From positions 64,001 to 128,000 of IMG/VR virus record IMGVR_UViG_3300022701_000122: a DNA stretch of 64,000 nt. One strand, given 5' to 3'. Below are positions 8,806 through 21,200 of the stretch, piece after piece. Made by a program: the position numbers and the translations under genes. A model generated the notes under the pieces. It saw nothing but the letters and a program-made list of their open reading frames with translations. It did not search any database and was not told the origin of the DNA. Source of the stretch: a virus. Every line of letters starts with the position of its first letter. Position 1 is the stretch's first letter.

Positions 8806-11800
8806 ACCAGTTTTTATTAATGCGCGAGATTTGGATGATGCTTGGCATCAATTATTATATCAATTATATAAAGAAGGGAGGAGATATTCAATTACATCTG
8901 GTTCACATGCTGGATCAGAGAGAGTTACTTTTGATTTTGCATCTGGTTTTATTAGGTATCCACAAAGTAGACCATTATCACCAAGAATGCCTGAAGGGGT
9001 ATCTTTACCGCCACCAACTACTGATGATGAAATAGATCAATATTTTGCTAATTATATAATGGATTCTAATCTTGAACCAAATGAAGAATATAGATATGCA
9101 ACATGGATAGTTGGAGATAATACAAATTATATTTATGGGGATGAGAATTTATGCAGCTATAATCAAACTGAATGGGTTATAAATCATTTTAAAACACATG
9201 GTATCGGAAATGAACATTGCTATATTACAATAGGTAATCCTGATTCAAATCGTGCATATGATAGACCATATCTTAAATGTAAAACATGTGGAAAGTTGCA
9301 TACGAAAAAAGCATCCAATAACGTATGTACAAATAATAAATGTAAAGCATATGGTACAGAATCTTTATTCATAAGTGAAGCGGATAGAGGAACTTCTCCA
9401 TGTTTACGTGGATTAGATTTTAGAATTATAGATGGGTATTTGACAACTAATGTAATATATCGATGTTTAGATGGAGATACACCAATAATCATAAAACATA
9501 ATTCAGTTTTAAAAAGAACTATTATAAAAGAAATATATCAATATATAAAATGTGGTGATTCAGTGGAAGTTATATCATTTGATAAAGATTATAATCAGAT
9601 ATGGTCTAATGTTACTGATTCACAAGTTTCATATAGATCAGATATCAGAGAAATTGAGATATATGGTGGTTATAAAATAAATGCATCAGAAAATCACAGA
9701 TTTCCAATATTAAAAAATGATAATATTGAATTAAAATATGTATATGATTTGGTTGATGGTGATGTGTTATTAGAGCCATATAGTATTGATTTTCAGTATA
9801 ATTCAGTAGATGTAATTGATTTATTTGAGATCTTTAAAGATAGTAATAAAGTTAAAGTTTGTAATTTAGAATTATCTGATTTTCATAGATTTAAAGAAGA
9901 TAACATTTCATATACTGATAGTAATAGAGATATAAAAATGATATCTATAAAACAAGCATATAATAGCCATTTATATAATGAATCTAATTTAACTATTCAT
10001 TGTTTTAAAATACAAACAAATAGAATGTTTAAAATTTCAAATGATTTTTCGTATTTTATGGGTTTATGGTGCGCAGATGGCTGGTATGGTAATAATTCAA
10101 GTAGTCTTAGAATAGCTATAAATTCCAAAAAGACTGATACTTTTAATAGGGTAATAAATTTTCTTAAGAATGAATTTGATTATACACCATCTATTGAACA
10201 TCGTGATGGATGTGAAGTTTTAAATATATCAATAGGTTTTCTTGTAAGAATGTATAAAAATTTAGGATTTAAACATGGAGCTAAATCGAAAAAAGTTCCA
10301 AATATTGTATTTTCACTTTCTAATGAACTTATAAATTCTTTTTTAGATGGGTGGATTTCTGGTGATACTTGTTGTTCAGCAAGTAATGATCTTATAATTG
10401 ATATGTCATATTTAAGTAAAATGGTGAATAAAAATGTTTCAATTTATAGAGAACCAGAACGACTTGTATATTTCAGAAAAGATAATAGATACATAAAAAG
10501 TAGTGGGTGTTTTAGTATATATAATATGAGTAAGAATCGTCCAAAATTAAGAAAAGGTGACTATATACTAAGAACTATAAAAAGTGTTAGTAATATACTT
10601 AATTTCGGAAATGTTTATGATATATCTGTTGATTCTGATTCTCATTTATTTTGTTGTGGATATATACCAATTATGACCCATAATTCTTGGGATGTATATT
10701 GTTTGAGTGATGATTCTGAAATATTAACAGATAATGGATGGCGCAATATAGATACTATATCTAAAGATGATAAAGCGGCTACATTAAATATAGATAAATG
10801 GGAAATGGAATTTTGTAATATTGATGAAATAATTAAATCTAATTATAGTGGTGATATGTATGAAATAGAAACTGCAAATATATCTCAATTAATAACTCCA
10901 AACCATAGAATGTTACATAAATATGTTACACATTCTGGAAATAAACGAATTATTAAAGATTATCAATATACTAAGGCAGATGAATTAATACCAAAAGATG
11001 GATCACTTATACCAGTTTCAGCACCATATAAAGAAGGAACATGGGAATTGGGTTATGTAAAGGCATCTCTAATTGGTTGGATTTTAACTGATTCACATTA
11101 TTTAGAAAAATGTGATGGTGTGTATATTTATCAAAGTGCTAAGAAGTACCATGTTGATATAAGAGAATTATTAACTGAATCTGGTATGAACTTTACTGAA
11201 AAATTTGAATCAAAGACAATGTATAAAATTGCAGATAAAGAGTATCCAGATGGTTTACTTGTTGAAATGTATAACTTTTATATTTCTGCTAAATCTACTA
11301 AATGGATAAAAGAAATAATTCCAAATAGAAGACCAACAGAAGAATTATTAAATCTTACTTATGATGATAGAATGTCAATATTTATTGCAATGATAAAAGG
11401 TGATGGTAGTTTTAAACATACAGCATATTGCTTTTATTCACAAGATAAAGAAAAAAGAGATTGGTTTCAACGATTAGCATTATCTTTGGGATTTCAAGCG
11501 AAAATAAATGATGAATCTGGATGTGTTAATGTATCTAATAGGAAAGAAGCATCATTTAATAGAACTTATTTTGTTGATGGTAAATTGCCTATTCGTAAAT
11601 ATGATGGTAGGATATGGTGTATACGAAATAGAAATACAAATTTTTTTATGAGAAGAAATGATAAAATATCTGTTACTGGAAATTCTGGATTTCCATGTAA
11701 CATGGGCGGTTTTACATTGTTGAATGAATATATTGCCGGGGAACTTGATATTAACTCTGGACCACTTTCATTTTCATGTAAATCTCTCCATGCATATTCA

Positions 11801-11839
11801 CATCATGTGGATATAATTGCTCAAAGATTAAATAAGTAA
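8795..11839 (+). CDS. thyA: Thymidylate synthase (ThyA fold, archaeal-like type) with two inteins
   Basis: AGGAGG RBS before ATG 8795; catalytic SPCLR; after intein removal YR-SWDVY-SGFPCN matches RSxD...GxPxN with Asn (dUMP specificity); SLHAY. Confidence 0.88.
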   Translation: MKFRPVFINARDLDDAWHQLLYQLYKEGRRYSITSGSHAGSERVTFDFASGFIRYPQSRPLSPRMPEGVSLPPPTTDDEIDQYFANYIMDSNLEPNEEYRYATWIVGDNTNYIYGDENLCSYNQTEWVINHFKTHGIGNEHCYITIGNPDSNRAYDRPYLKCKTCGKLHTKKASNNVCTNNKCKAYGTESLFISEADRGTSPCLRGLDFRIIDGYLTTNVIYRCLDGDTPIIIKHNSVLKRTIIKEIYQYIKCGDSVEVISFDKDYNQIWSNVTDSQVSYRSDIREIEIYGGYKINASENHRFPILKNDNIELKYVYDLVDGDVLLEPYSIDFQYNSVDVIDLFEIFKDSNKVKVCNLELSDFHRFKEDNISYTDSNRDIKMISIKQAYNSHLYNESNLTIHCFKIQTNRMFKISNDFSYFMGLWCADGWYGNNSSSLRIAINSKKTDTFNRVINFLKNEFDYTPSIEHRDGCEVLNISIGFLVRMYKNLGFKHGAKSKKVPNIVFSLSNELINSFLDGWISGDTCCSASNDLIIDMSYLSKMVNKNVSIYREPERLVYFRKDNRYIKSSGCFSIYNMSKNRPKLRKGDYILRTIKSVSNILNFGNVYDISVDSDSHLFCCGYIPIMTHNSWDVYCLSDDSEILTDNGWRNIDTISKDDKAATLNIDKWEMEFCNIDEIIKSNYSGDMYEIETANISQLITPNHRMLHKYVTHSGNKRIIKDYQYTKADELIPKDGSLIPVSAPYKEGTWELGYVKASLIGWILTDSHYLEKCDGVYIYQSAKKYHVDIRELLTESGMNFTEKFESKTMYKIADKEYPDGLLVEMYNFYISAKSTKWIKEIIPNRRPTEELLNLTYDDRMSIFIAMIKGDGSFKHTAYCFYSQDKEKRDWFQRLALSLGFQAKINDESGCVNVSNRKEASFNRTYFVDGKLPIRKYDGRIWCIRNRNTNFFMRRNDKISVTGNSGFPCNMGGFTLLNEYIAGELDINSGPLSFSCKSLHAYSHHVDIIAQRLNK
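9464..10684 (+). mobile_element. Intein 1 in thyA, LAGLIDADG type, 407 aa
   Basis: Starts CLDGDT, block B SENHRF, FMGLWCADG and FLDGWISGD, ends VYDISV...THN followed by Ser. Confidence 0.92.
10700..11683 (+). mobile_element. Intein 2 in thyA, LAGLIDADG type, 328 aa
   Basis: Starts CLSDDSEIL, block B TPNHRM, LIGWILTDS and FIAMIKGDG, ends IWCI...TGN followed by Ser. Confidence 0.9.
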
Positions 11840-11855
11840 GTTAGTTGAAATTTAA

Positions 11856-11870
11856 GGACAAACTCTAAAC
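11856..11870 (+). promoter_or_regulatory. GGACAAA motif, putative phage promoter
   Basis: GGACAAACTCTAAAC in intergenic gap before the fibre operon. Confidence 0.6.
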
Positions 11871-11896
11871 ATTTTTATTATGAGGGGGGTATTATA

Positions 11897-12250
11897 ATGA
11901 TCGTAGAATTTAATGAACAACAGATTAAACTTCTTCTTGAATTTTTAAGCAGAGTCGATATCAAAGGTTTTGAATCTCAAAATCATGCTATACTTGTTCA
12001 AACAATAAACAGACCAAAACAAAGTCAAGATATGACTAATGTTGATTCTGCTGCAATGTTGACTGAACTCAAGAAACGTAATTTTGATTTTTCTTCTGTC
12101 AATGGTATTCTTGACAGCGTTGGAAATGATAAATTGATTAATGCATTGAGAGATAGAGGAATCAGTGTAAATGATTTTAGTAAATCTGAATTACTTGAAG
12201 CTTTAAAGCGTAAAGATATTAATACAAATGTAATTGATCAATTGCAATAA
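11897..12250 (+). CDS. Small protein preceding the giant fibre gene
   Basis: GAGGGG RBS; 117-aa ORF. Confidence 0.75.
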   Translation: MIVEFNEQQIKLLLEFLSRVDIKGFESQNHAILVQTINRPKQSQDMTNVDSAAMLTELKKRNFDFSSVNGILDSVGNDKLINALRDRGISVNDFSKSELLEALKRKDINTNVIDQLQ

Positions 12251-12281
12251 TATTAAGCTATTATAAAAAAGGGTAGATATA

Positions 12282-15200
12282 ATGCCTGTATTTAGGAAAA
12301 TATATTTAAAAACAAAAGTTTCCGGTGAAGTAGTTGAAACTGATCTTAAAAAACGAGAATCTGCGTTTGATGACGAAACAAAGTCTTGGTATGTAAAAGA
12401 TTATCAAGGCGTCATGCATAAATTTTCCAGTATAGATGATGGTGTTATATCTGCCCATAGAACTTGGTCTTCTGACAAAATATTATCAGAATTAAATGAA
12501 TACAGTCTTCCGAATAGATGGTTGGAAGGAACAACTGTCCCGCCATCTACATTGGGGTCTGAAGGTAATCATTATATAAATACAATAACAAAAGATGTTT
12601 ATAAGAAAAAAACTATTCCAATAGGTGGAGTTGATAGTTTCACCACATTAATGATTCATAGTGATTCGGTTGATGGGAATCAAGAATTTGAAGATTCAAG
12701 TCAAAGTGATCATGATATTACATTTTTTGGAAGTGTTGAACATAGTAATGATCAAAAAGTATTTGGTGATACAAGTATAAAATTTAATGGTGATCAAGCT
12801 ATATCAGGATTAAAAATTGAACATTCTGATGATTTCTCATTTGATGAATATGAGTTCTCAATAGATTTCAGAATAAGATTCGAACAATTAAATAATACTC
12901 AAGTATTATTTTCCAGAAAGAAAGAGAATGTATCTGATTTTTGGAAATTAGAATATGATAATGTAAATCATCATTTAGAATTTACACATGATACAGTTGA
13001 TACTGGAAGTATTGGTATTGTTGGAAGTATAATATTTGAAGTTGATACTTGGTATCATATTGCAATTGTTGGTGAGATTGATGAAATTAGTGGTGATAGA
13101 GTATTTAGATTAATTGTTGATGGTGTTCTTATTTCATCTTCAATATATGACACTTTTGATTATTTTTATGGTCCATTATATATTGGATCTTATGATGAAA
13201 ATACAAGTGATTCATTCGTTGGATGGATGGATGAAATAAGAATATCATCTGGAATTGCAAGAGATTTTATAGATGATGTTCCAACTGAAGTTTATACTGT
13301 ACCAGATGGATCTACTACATTAGATTCATGGTGGTTACTTGGTAATATTAGAGATAATAATCGATTTACGAGTCTTGTCGATTTACCAAATGATTATACC
13401 AATCAATCGGGTAAAATTCTCATAGTAAATGAAACAGAAGATGGATTAAGATTTGAAAGTTTTAACCCGAATGGCGTATACGAATTTGTTGATCTTACGG
13501 ATACTCCTTCCACATACGCTGGTCAAGCAAATAGACTCGTAGCTGTTGCTGGTGATGAATCTGGTCTTGAATTTGTTGATCGATCTTCTTCTGGTATAAA
13601 ATTTATTGAATTATCTGATGTTCCAACCAGTTATGCTCAATCAAGATATAAAGTACCAAGAGTAAACTATAATCAAAATGGTCTTGAATTTGTTGATGAT
13701 ATTCGTAATCTTATAGATTTATCTGATGTTAATGCTTCTAATTATACTGGTGATCGCCATAAAATATTAAGAGTTAATTCAAGTGAGTCTGGTGTTGAAT
13801 TTGCTGAACCTACTGTAATGCAACAGTTGTTAATTATAGACAGCAGGGCAGACCTTCCAGCTACAGCAGATGTTGGTACACTTGTCGTTGCCAGTGGTCC
13901 AACTGGTGATGGTAACATGTATGTATTTATTGGATGGTATACGAGAGATGGTTATCAAACACCAACGTATGAAAATAAATGGTTAGTAAAATCTGGAAAT
14001 AGATATGAAGCAACATCTGTATTTCCAAGTACATCAACATATATTATTCCTATTGGAACAAGATTATTTAGTGAAGACGATGGTACATGGTTTATATATA
14101 CTGGTTCTGAATGGATTGATACGAAAGAAGATTTAGCTCCAGCTACTGCCACAAATCTTGGTGGAATAAAAGTAGGTGATAGATTAACTGTTGAACAAGA
14201 TGGAACATTAAATGCTGATTTACAATCATCATATAATTTTGATTATAATTATAAATATAAATTAGATAATATACAAGCTAATGCAAATAATTATGTTCAT
14301 CCATCTACTCACCCTGCTGTAATCATCGAAGAAGATACAACACATAGATTTGTAACCGATGCTCAAATATTAGCATGGAATGCTGCTTCGGGTGAATTTG
14401 TTCCAGCTACAGAGACAACACTTGGTGTTATTAAAGTAGGAGATCGATTATCAGTTGAAGTTGATGGAACATTAAATGCTGATTTACAATCTGATGAGAA
14501 TTTTACAACTGCTCTGAAAAATAAATTAGAAGGAATGGCTCCTTCTGGTTTATCTCCAGCTACAATTGCTGATCTTGGTGGAATTATTGTTGGTGAAAGA
14601 TTATCAGTTGAAGTTGATGGAACATTAAGTGCAAATGTTCAATCAGATAATAATTTCACAGATGCATTAAAAAATAAATTGGATGGTGTTGATGATAGTG
14701 CCAATTATTATGTACACCCATCAACCCATTCAGCATCCATGATAACAACATCGACATCAAGAAGATTTGTTACAGATGCACAGATAGCGTTATGGACTGC
14801 TGGTGGAAGTGTTGAATGGGATAATATAACGAGTAAACCATCTGTTTTTCCGCCAGATACACATTATCATGATTTTGTTGATTTAACTGATTCTCCAGCA
14901 AATTATACTGGTCAAGCTGGAAAAATATTACAAGTTAATTCTGGAGAAGATGGATTAGAATTTATAGATAATCCAGGTTCAGTTGATGATGGTGATTGGT
15001 CAAGTGCAGATAGTCCTCCCGGTAATTGGTCAGATACACATAATCATGGTGTTACGTTTGATGCAGTTGTATCAACAACTTCTGTGAATTCTACATTTAG
15101 ATATGTAATTCCATCATCTGAGTTATCGACTTCTGGAACATCGATACGACTGAAGTTTCAAAGTATTGAAGGTTATACTTTATATGTATATAAATGCTAT

Positions 15201-18200
15201 GTTGGTCATGCATCTCAAACAGTTGGAGCAGATACATTTGATTTCGATGGAAATCAAGTTCAAATGTCTGTTAATGAAGAGACATCATTTTATATTACAA
15301 ACGGTGAAACTGTAACTACAGATATTGAAACATTTACATTAGATCCAACTCGAAATTTAATAGTTGCAATGTATGTTGCAGATTTTGGGCATTTATCAAA
15401 ATCTTCATTAACTGGAAATTGTTCATATTATTTTAAGAATGGTGATTATTCTTATCAGACAGATGTTGCAAGTGGAGGATGGGTACAATCTTCAAATATA
15501 TATGCATTTATAAGTGAGATAGAAGTTAAAACCAGTGATACTGGATCAGATGGTGATTATTATCTCGATACTGGAACTGGTGATATATATAAAAAAATAA
15601 CTGGTGTTTGGACTAAACAAGGAAATATACGGGGTCCAAGGGGATTAAAGGGAGATGATGGTGATGCTGGTTCGACAACATTTATTGGATTAACTGATGT
15701 TCCAAGTAGTTATTCGACTTATGCGAATAAGCGAGTAACTGTTAATGCAACTGCCGATGGCTTAGTATTTTCAGATAAATATGAACATCCATCAACCCAT
15801 CCAGCTACAATAATCACTCAAGATACAACTCATCGATTTATAACAGATGCAGAAAGAATAGCATGGAATGCTGCGGCATCAGGAAGCATACCACCAGCAA
15901 CAACTTCCACAATTGGAGGTATTATAGTTGGAGATAGATTAACGGTTGCTATAGATGGTACTTTAGATGCAGATGTTCAAACAGATAATAATTTTACAGA
16001 TGCATTAAAATCTAAATTAGATGGTATAGCTTCTGGTGCAAATAATTATACTCACCCTGTCACTCATCCACCATCAATCATTGCAGAAGATTCAAATAAT
16101 AGATTTGTAACGGATGCACAGATTGCACAATGGAATTCTGGATCTGCTACAAATTTTACTGATTTGTCTGATACTCCTGCTAATTATAGTGGTCATAGTC
16201 AAAAATTGGTTAGAGTAAATGCTGGAGAGACAGCATTAGAATTCGTTGATTCTACCGCTGGTGGTGGGAGTGGAGTTGATGAATTTATCGAATTAACCGA
16301 TACGCCTGGATCATTTACAGCAAATAAATATCTTAAAGTTAATGCTGGTGCTACGGCATTAGAGTTTGTAGATGAACCAAGTGGAGTTGATACATTTTTA
16401 GGTCTAACTGATTCTCCGGGTTCATTTTCTGGTCATGGTTTAAAAGTGGTTAGAGTGAATAGTGGTGCAAATGCTTTAGAATTTAATACACCAACATTTC
16501 TTGATTTGAATGATACACCAGGATCATTTATTGCCAACAGATACGTTAAAGTTAATTCTGCTGGTAATGCGTTAGAATTTACAGATTCTACCGCTGGTGG
16601 TTCTGATGTTGATGAGTTTTTAGAACTGATTGATGCACCATCAAGCTATTCTGGTCAATCTTTAAAGTTAATAAGAGTTAATGCTGGAGAAACTGGAGTT
16701 GAATTTACAGATCCATATACTCACCCTGCCACTCATCCACCGTCTATAATTGCTGAAGATACAAATGATAGATTTGTATCAGATTCACAAATATCAACAT
16801 GGGATGGTAAACCAGATAATTTTCTTGAACTTCCTGATACTCCAAGTTCATTTTCTGGTCAATCTGGTAAGAATATACGAGTAAAGTCAACAGAAGATGG
16901 TTTAGAATTCTATGATTCAACTGCTGGTAGTGGATCTGGAGCAGATACATTCATAGAATTAACAGATACACCTGTTTCATTCTCTGGAAATGAAGGATAT
17001 GTTGTTAGGGTGAATGAATCTGGTACAGCATTGGAATTCTTTGATTCAACCACTGATTTTACTGGATATGATGAATTCATAGAATTAGCAGATACACCGA
17101 GTTCTTTTATTGGACAAGGTAGTAAAATATTATATGTTGCTGATAATGAATTATCTGTCGATTTTAAAGATCCAACATTTATTGATTTAACAGATACTCC
17201 TGCTTCTTATCCTGAAGCTGCTGGAACATGGGCGAGAAGAATAGATATTACTATAAATAGTTTACTTGTTGATGAAGATTTAACAGATTTTCCAATCATG
17301 TTGGATCTTACAAATCATACAGAAATATTCAGTATAATATCTGATTCAGATAAATTGAAGATGTCTGCAAGAGTATATGATTCAACTTCTGATTCTGAGA
17401 CAGAATGTTATGTTGAAATTGATCATTATGATAGCACATCTAATACTGGAATATTATGGGTAAAAGTTCCAAATGTATCATCAACAGAAGATACTGTTTT
17501 GAGATTATATTATGATGATACACAATTGGATAATACTACATATGTTGGTGTTACCGAATCAGTTGCTGCTCAAAATGTATGGGATAGTAATTATATAGGT
17601 GTATGGCATTTAAATGCTGAAGATCCATCAGTAACGGATAGTGTTAAAGATTCAACTCAAAATAACAATGATGGCAATACACCAACTTCAAATAAACCAA
17701 CTCTTGTTGATACAGATCGACTTGGAAAAGGTTATGAATTTTATAGTCATTATGGTTCAGATGCACCAAGAATAGCATGTGATTGTGTTGGTATAACTAA
17801 TACAAAGTATACTGTTGAAATAACAGCTAAACCCGTTGTTACTGCTGTGAATGATGGTCTTTGGTGTATAAGTGATGGTAATAGTGAGTCTGCAAGAAAT
17901 GATCTTAGAATTTATGATGGGGATATGGATAATAGGGTAACTACAGTTACAATTATGGGATACCCTATGCCAGATGCTGGTCAATGGCATACATTTGGTA
18001 CAACATGGGATTTTGATGGTAATTCATTTGTATCTTATTTAGATGGCGCTATTGTTGATACATCTTCAAGTACACGATCAGCGGCAGGAGGACTTGATAC
18101 TTTTTCAATTGGTGCATGGAATTATTATGGTTCATGGAACACTGAAGCAACTGTTATTTCAGATGTGAGATTATCAAATGGTGTACGATCATATGCTTGG

Positions 18201-21200
18201 ATGAAAGCATCTGCTTATAATAGTAATGATGGATTAGTATCATTTGCTGAGAATGTTACTCTATTTAATCCTCAAGTTGTTCTTGCAAATAATAGTGGTG
18301 TTACATTTGAAGAAATAGATAATTTCCTAAATTTATATCAACTTATAGATACTCCAAATAGTTATACTGGTCAATCTGGAAAAGTATTATCGGTTAAATC
18401 GACAGAAGATGGAATTGAATTTACAACTCCAACTGTAACTGATGAATTCTTAGATTTGACGGATACACCGAGTACATACAGTGGATCAGAAGGTTATAAT
18501 GTAAGAGTTAATCAATCTGGAACTGCTCTTGAATTTTACGATTCTACGTCCGATGGTGGATCTGGTGTTGATGAATTCATAGAATTGATAGATACTCCGT
18601 CTACATTTTCCGGTCAATCTGGAAAATCAATAAGAGTCAATCAAACTGAAAATGGATTAGAATTCTATGATTCAACAACCGATTTTACTGGATATGATGA
18701 ATTTGTTGAATTAATAGATACTCCATCAAGTTATTCAGGACAAGCTGGTAAGAATATACGTGTTAATCAAACAGAAACTGCTTTAGAGTTTTATGATTCA
18801 ACTGCTGATTTCAGCAGTTATGATGAATTTGTTGAATTAACAGATACGCCATCATCATTTTCTGGTCATGGTTTAAAGGTAGTACGTGTAAATATTGATG
18901 AAGATGCTCTTGAATTTTATGATTCTACAGCAAGTGATGTTGATGAATTCATAGAACTTATTGATACACCATCTTCATATAGTGGTAATGAATTAAAATC
19001 TATAAGAGTTAATCAATTTGGAACAGCATTAGAATTCTACGATTCAACTGCGAGTGGAGGATCTGGTGTTGATGAATTTATTGAATTAATTGATACTCCG
19101 TCAAGTTATTCTGGATATGAACGATATAATGTACGAGTTAATAATGACGGTACTGGATTAGAATTTTATGATTCAACAACAGATTTTACTGGATACGATG
19201 AATTCTTAGAGTTAACAGATACACCAAGTACATATTTTGGTCAGAGTGGTAAATATCTTATTGTTAATCCAGGTGAAACTGCTATTACATTTACAGATTC
19301 TGCTGGTGGTGATGGGGGAGCAAGTGATTTCTTAGATCTAACAGATACTCCTTCTGAATACCCATTATCTGGTAATTGGTCAAATCGTTATACGATGACC
19401 ATTGATTCATCTAATATAGATGCAGATCTTATCGATTTTCCAATTCGTATAGATCTAAGTAATATGACAGATGTTTTTTCTGAATTATCCGATGCAGATA
19501 AATTAAAAATGTCAGTAAGACATTATGATAGTACGAGTAGTGAGACTGAGTGCTATACTGAAATAGAATCTTACAACTCTTCTGCTCAAACTGGCGTATT
19601 ATGGTCAAAGATTCCATCTATATCTTCATCTCAAGATACAACCATATATTTATACTTTGATAAGACACGATCAGACAATAGTACATATATCGGTGTACTT
19701 GGGTCAACACCAGCACAAACAGTATGGTCAAATGATTTCGGTGCAGTTTACCATATGAATCAAGATCCATCACAGGCCGGTGGTGATGAAATAAAAGATT
19801 CTACTGTGAATGCTAATCATGGTTCTTGTATTGGTGGTGATGTTTTGACTTCTGTTTCTACTACATATTGTGATACAGGTGTTCAATTTGTTGGTGGGGG
19901 TAATACTTCATCAATAGGTGCAATCCAGATTTCTAGTCCATTGAATGTTAATAAAAATGTTGGTACTCATCAAGCAACAATGAAGACTGGATCTTCATGG
20001 GATACGATAATTTGTAACTATTATTCATCTACAAGTAGTGAATATGATAGATTTTATCAAGGTGTTAATTCATCTGGTGACCAGTTTTTTGTTACAGATA
20101 GACTTAATAATGTAGATGGTAATTCATTATTAACATCTAACCATTGGTATAATGTAGCTTGTACATTTGATTTTGATAATGATAATTATGAATTTTTTTA
20201 TAGTGGTGTATCTAATGGAGCGTTTACTCCTAATTATAATGCACCATCTACATTATTAGGTTATATGATAGGATCTATGTTGGTTGGTGTTGGTGGTTGG
20301 TTTAGAGTTGGTGATGCTACTTTTGCAGAACTTAAAATCTCTAATGTTGTGAGATCAGATGCATGGATAAAAGCAACTTATTTAAGTGATTATGATCAGT
20401 TAATAACTTATGGTACATCTGAATCAATAAATACAAATATTATAATTGTATCTGGTGATGGTCTTGTATTTGAAACAAAAGATGATTTTATGGATTTTGT
20501 TGATTTACGAGATACTCCAAATGATTATACAGGTCAGGCAGGAAAGAATATACGAGTAAATTCTGGTGAAACTGGATTAGAGTTTTATGATGCTACTTCT
20601 GGTGGTGAAAGTGGAGTTGATGAATTCATAGAGTTGATAGATACTCCGAGTTCATTTATAGGTCAAACAGGAAAACATTTGGTTGTAAATGGATCAGAAA
20701 CTGCTCTTGAATTTGCAACTGTAACAGATACGGGTGTCACTACATTTTTAGAATTAACTGATACTCCCTCTGGATACCCATCATCTGGATATGGTCGGCG
20801 TGTTACTATAACTCTTTCATATACATATATCGATGACGATCTTACCGATTTTCCAGTAATGATCAATTTATCAACTTATACAGATATATTTTCTGAATTA
20901 TCTGACGATGATAAATTAAAAATGTCAGTTTGCCAATATGATTCTACAAATGGAGAAGTTGAATGTTACACAGAAATACAATCTTACAATAGTAGTGCAC
21001 AAACAGGAATATTATGGGTAAAAGTTCCTCACGTTTCATCGACAGAAAATACAATTATTAGAATATATTATGATTCAACAGCCAGTAATAATACATCATA
21101 CGTTGGTACTACAACTTCTTCGGCTGCTCAAAATGTTTGGGATGATGATTATATTATCGTTTATCACTTTGAAGAAAATCCAATATCAGGTAGCGATATT

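Noticed and set aside
8795-11839. dCMP hydroxymethylase
   Set aside because: The specificity residue in GFPCN is Asn (dUMP-type), not Asp; a dUMP-modifying variant cannot be excluded
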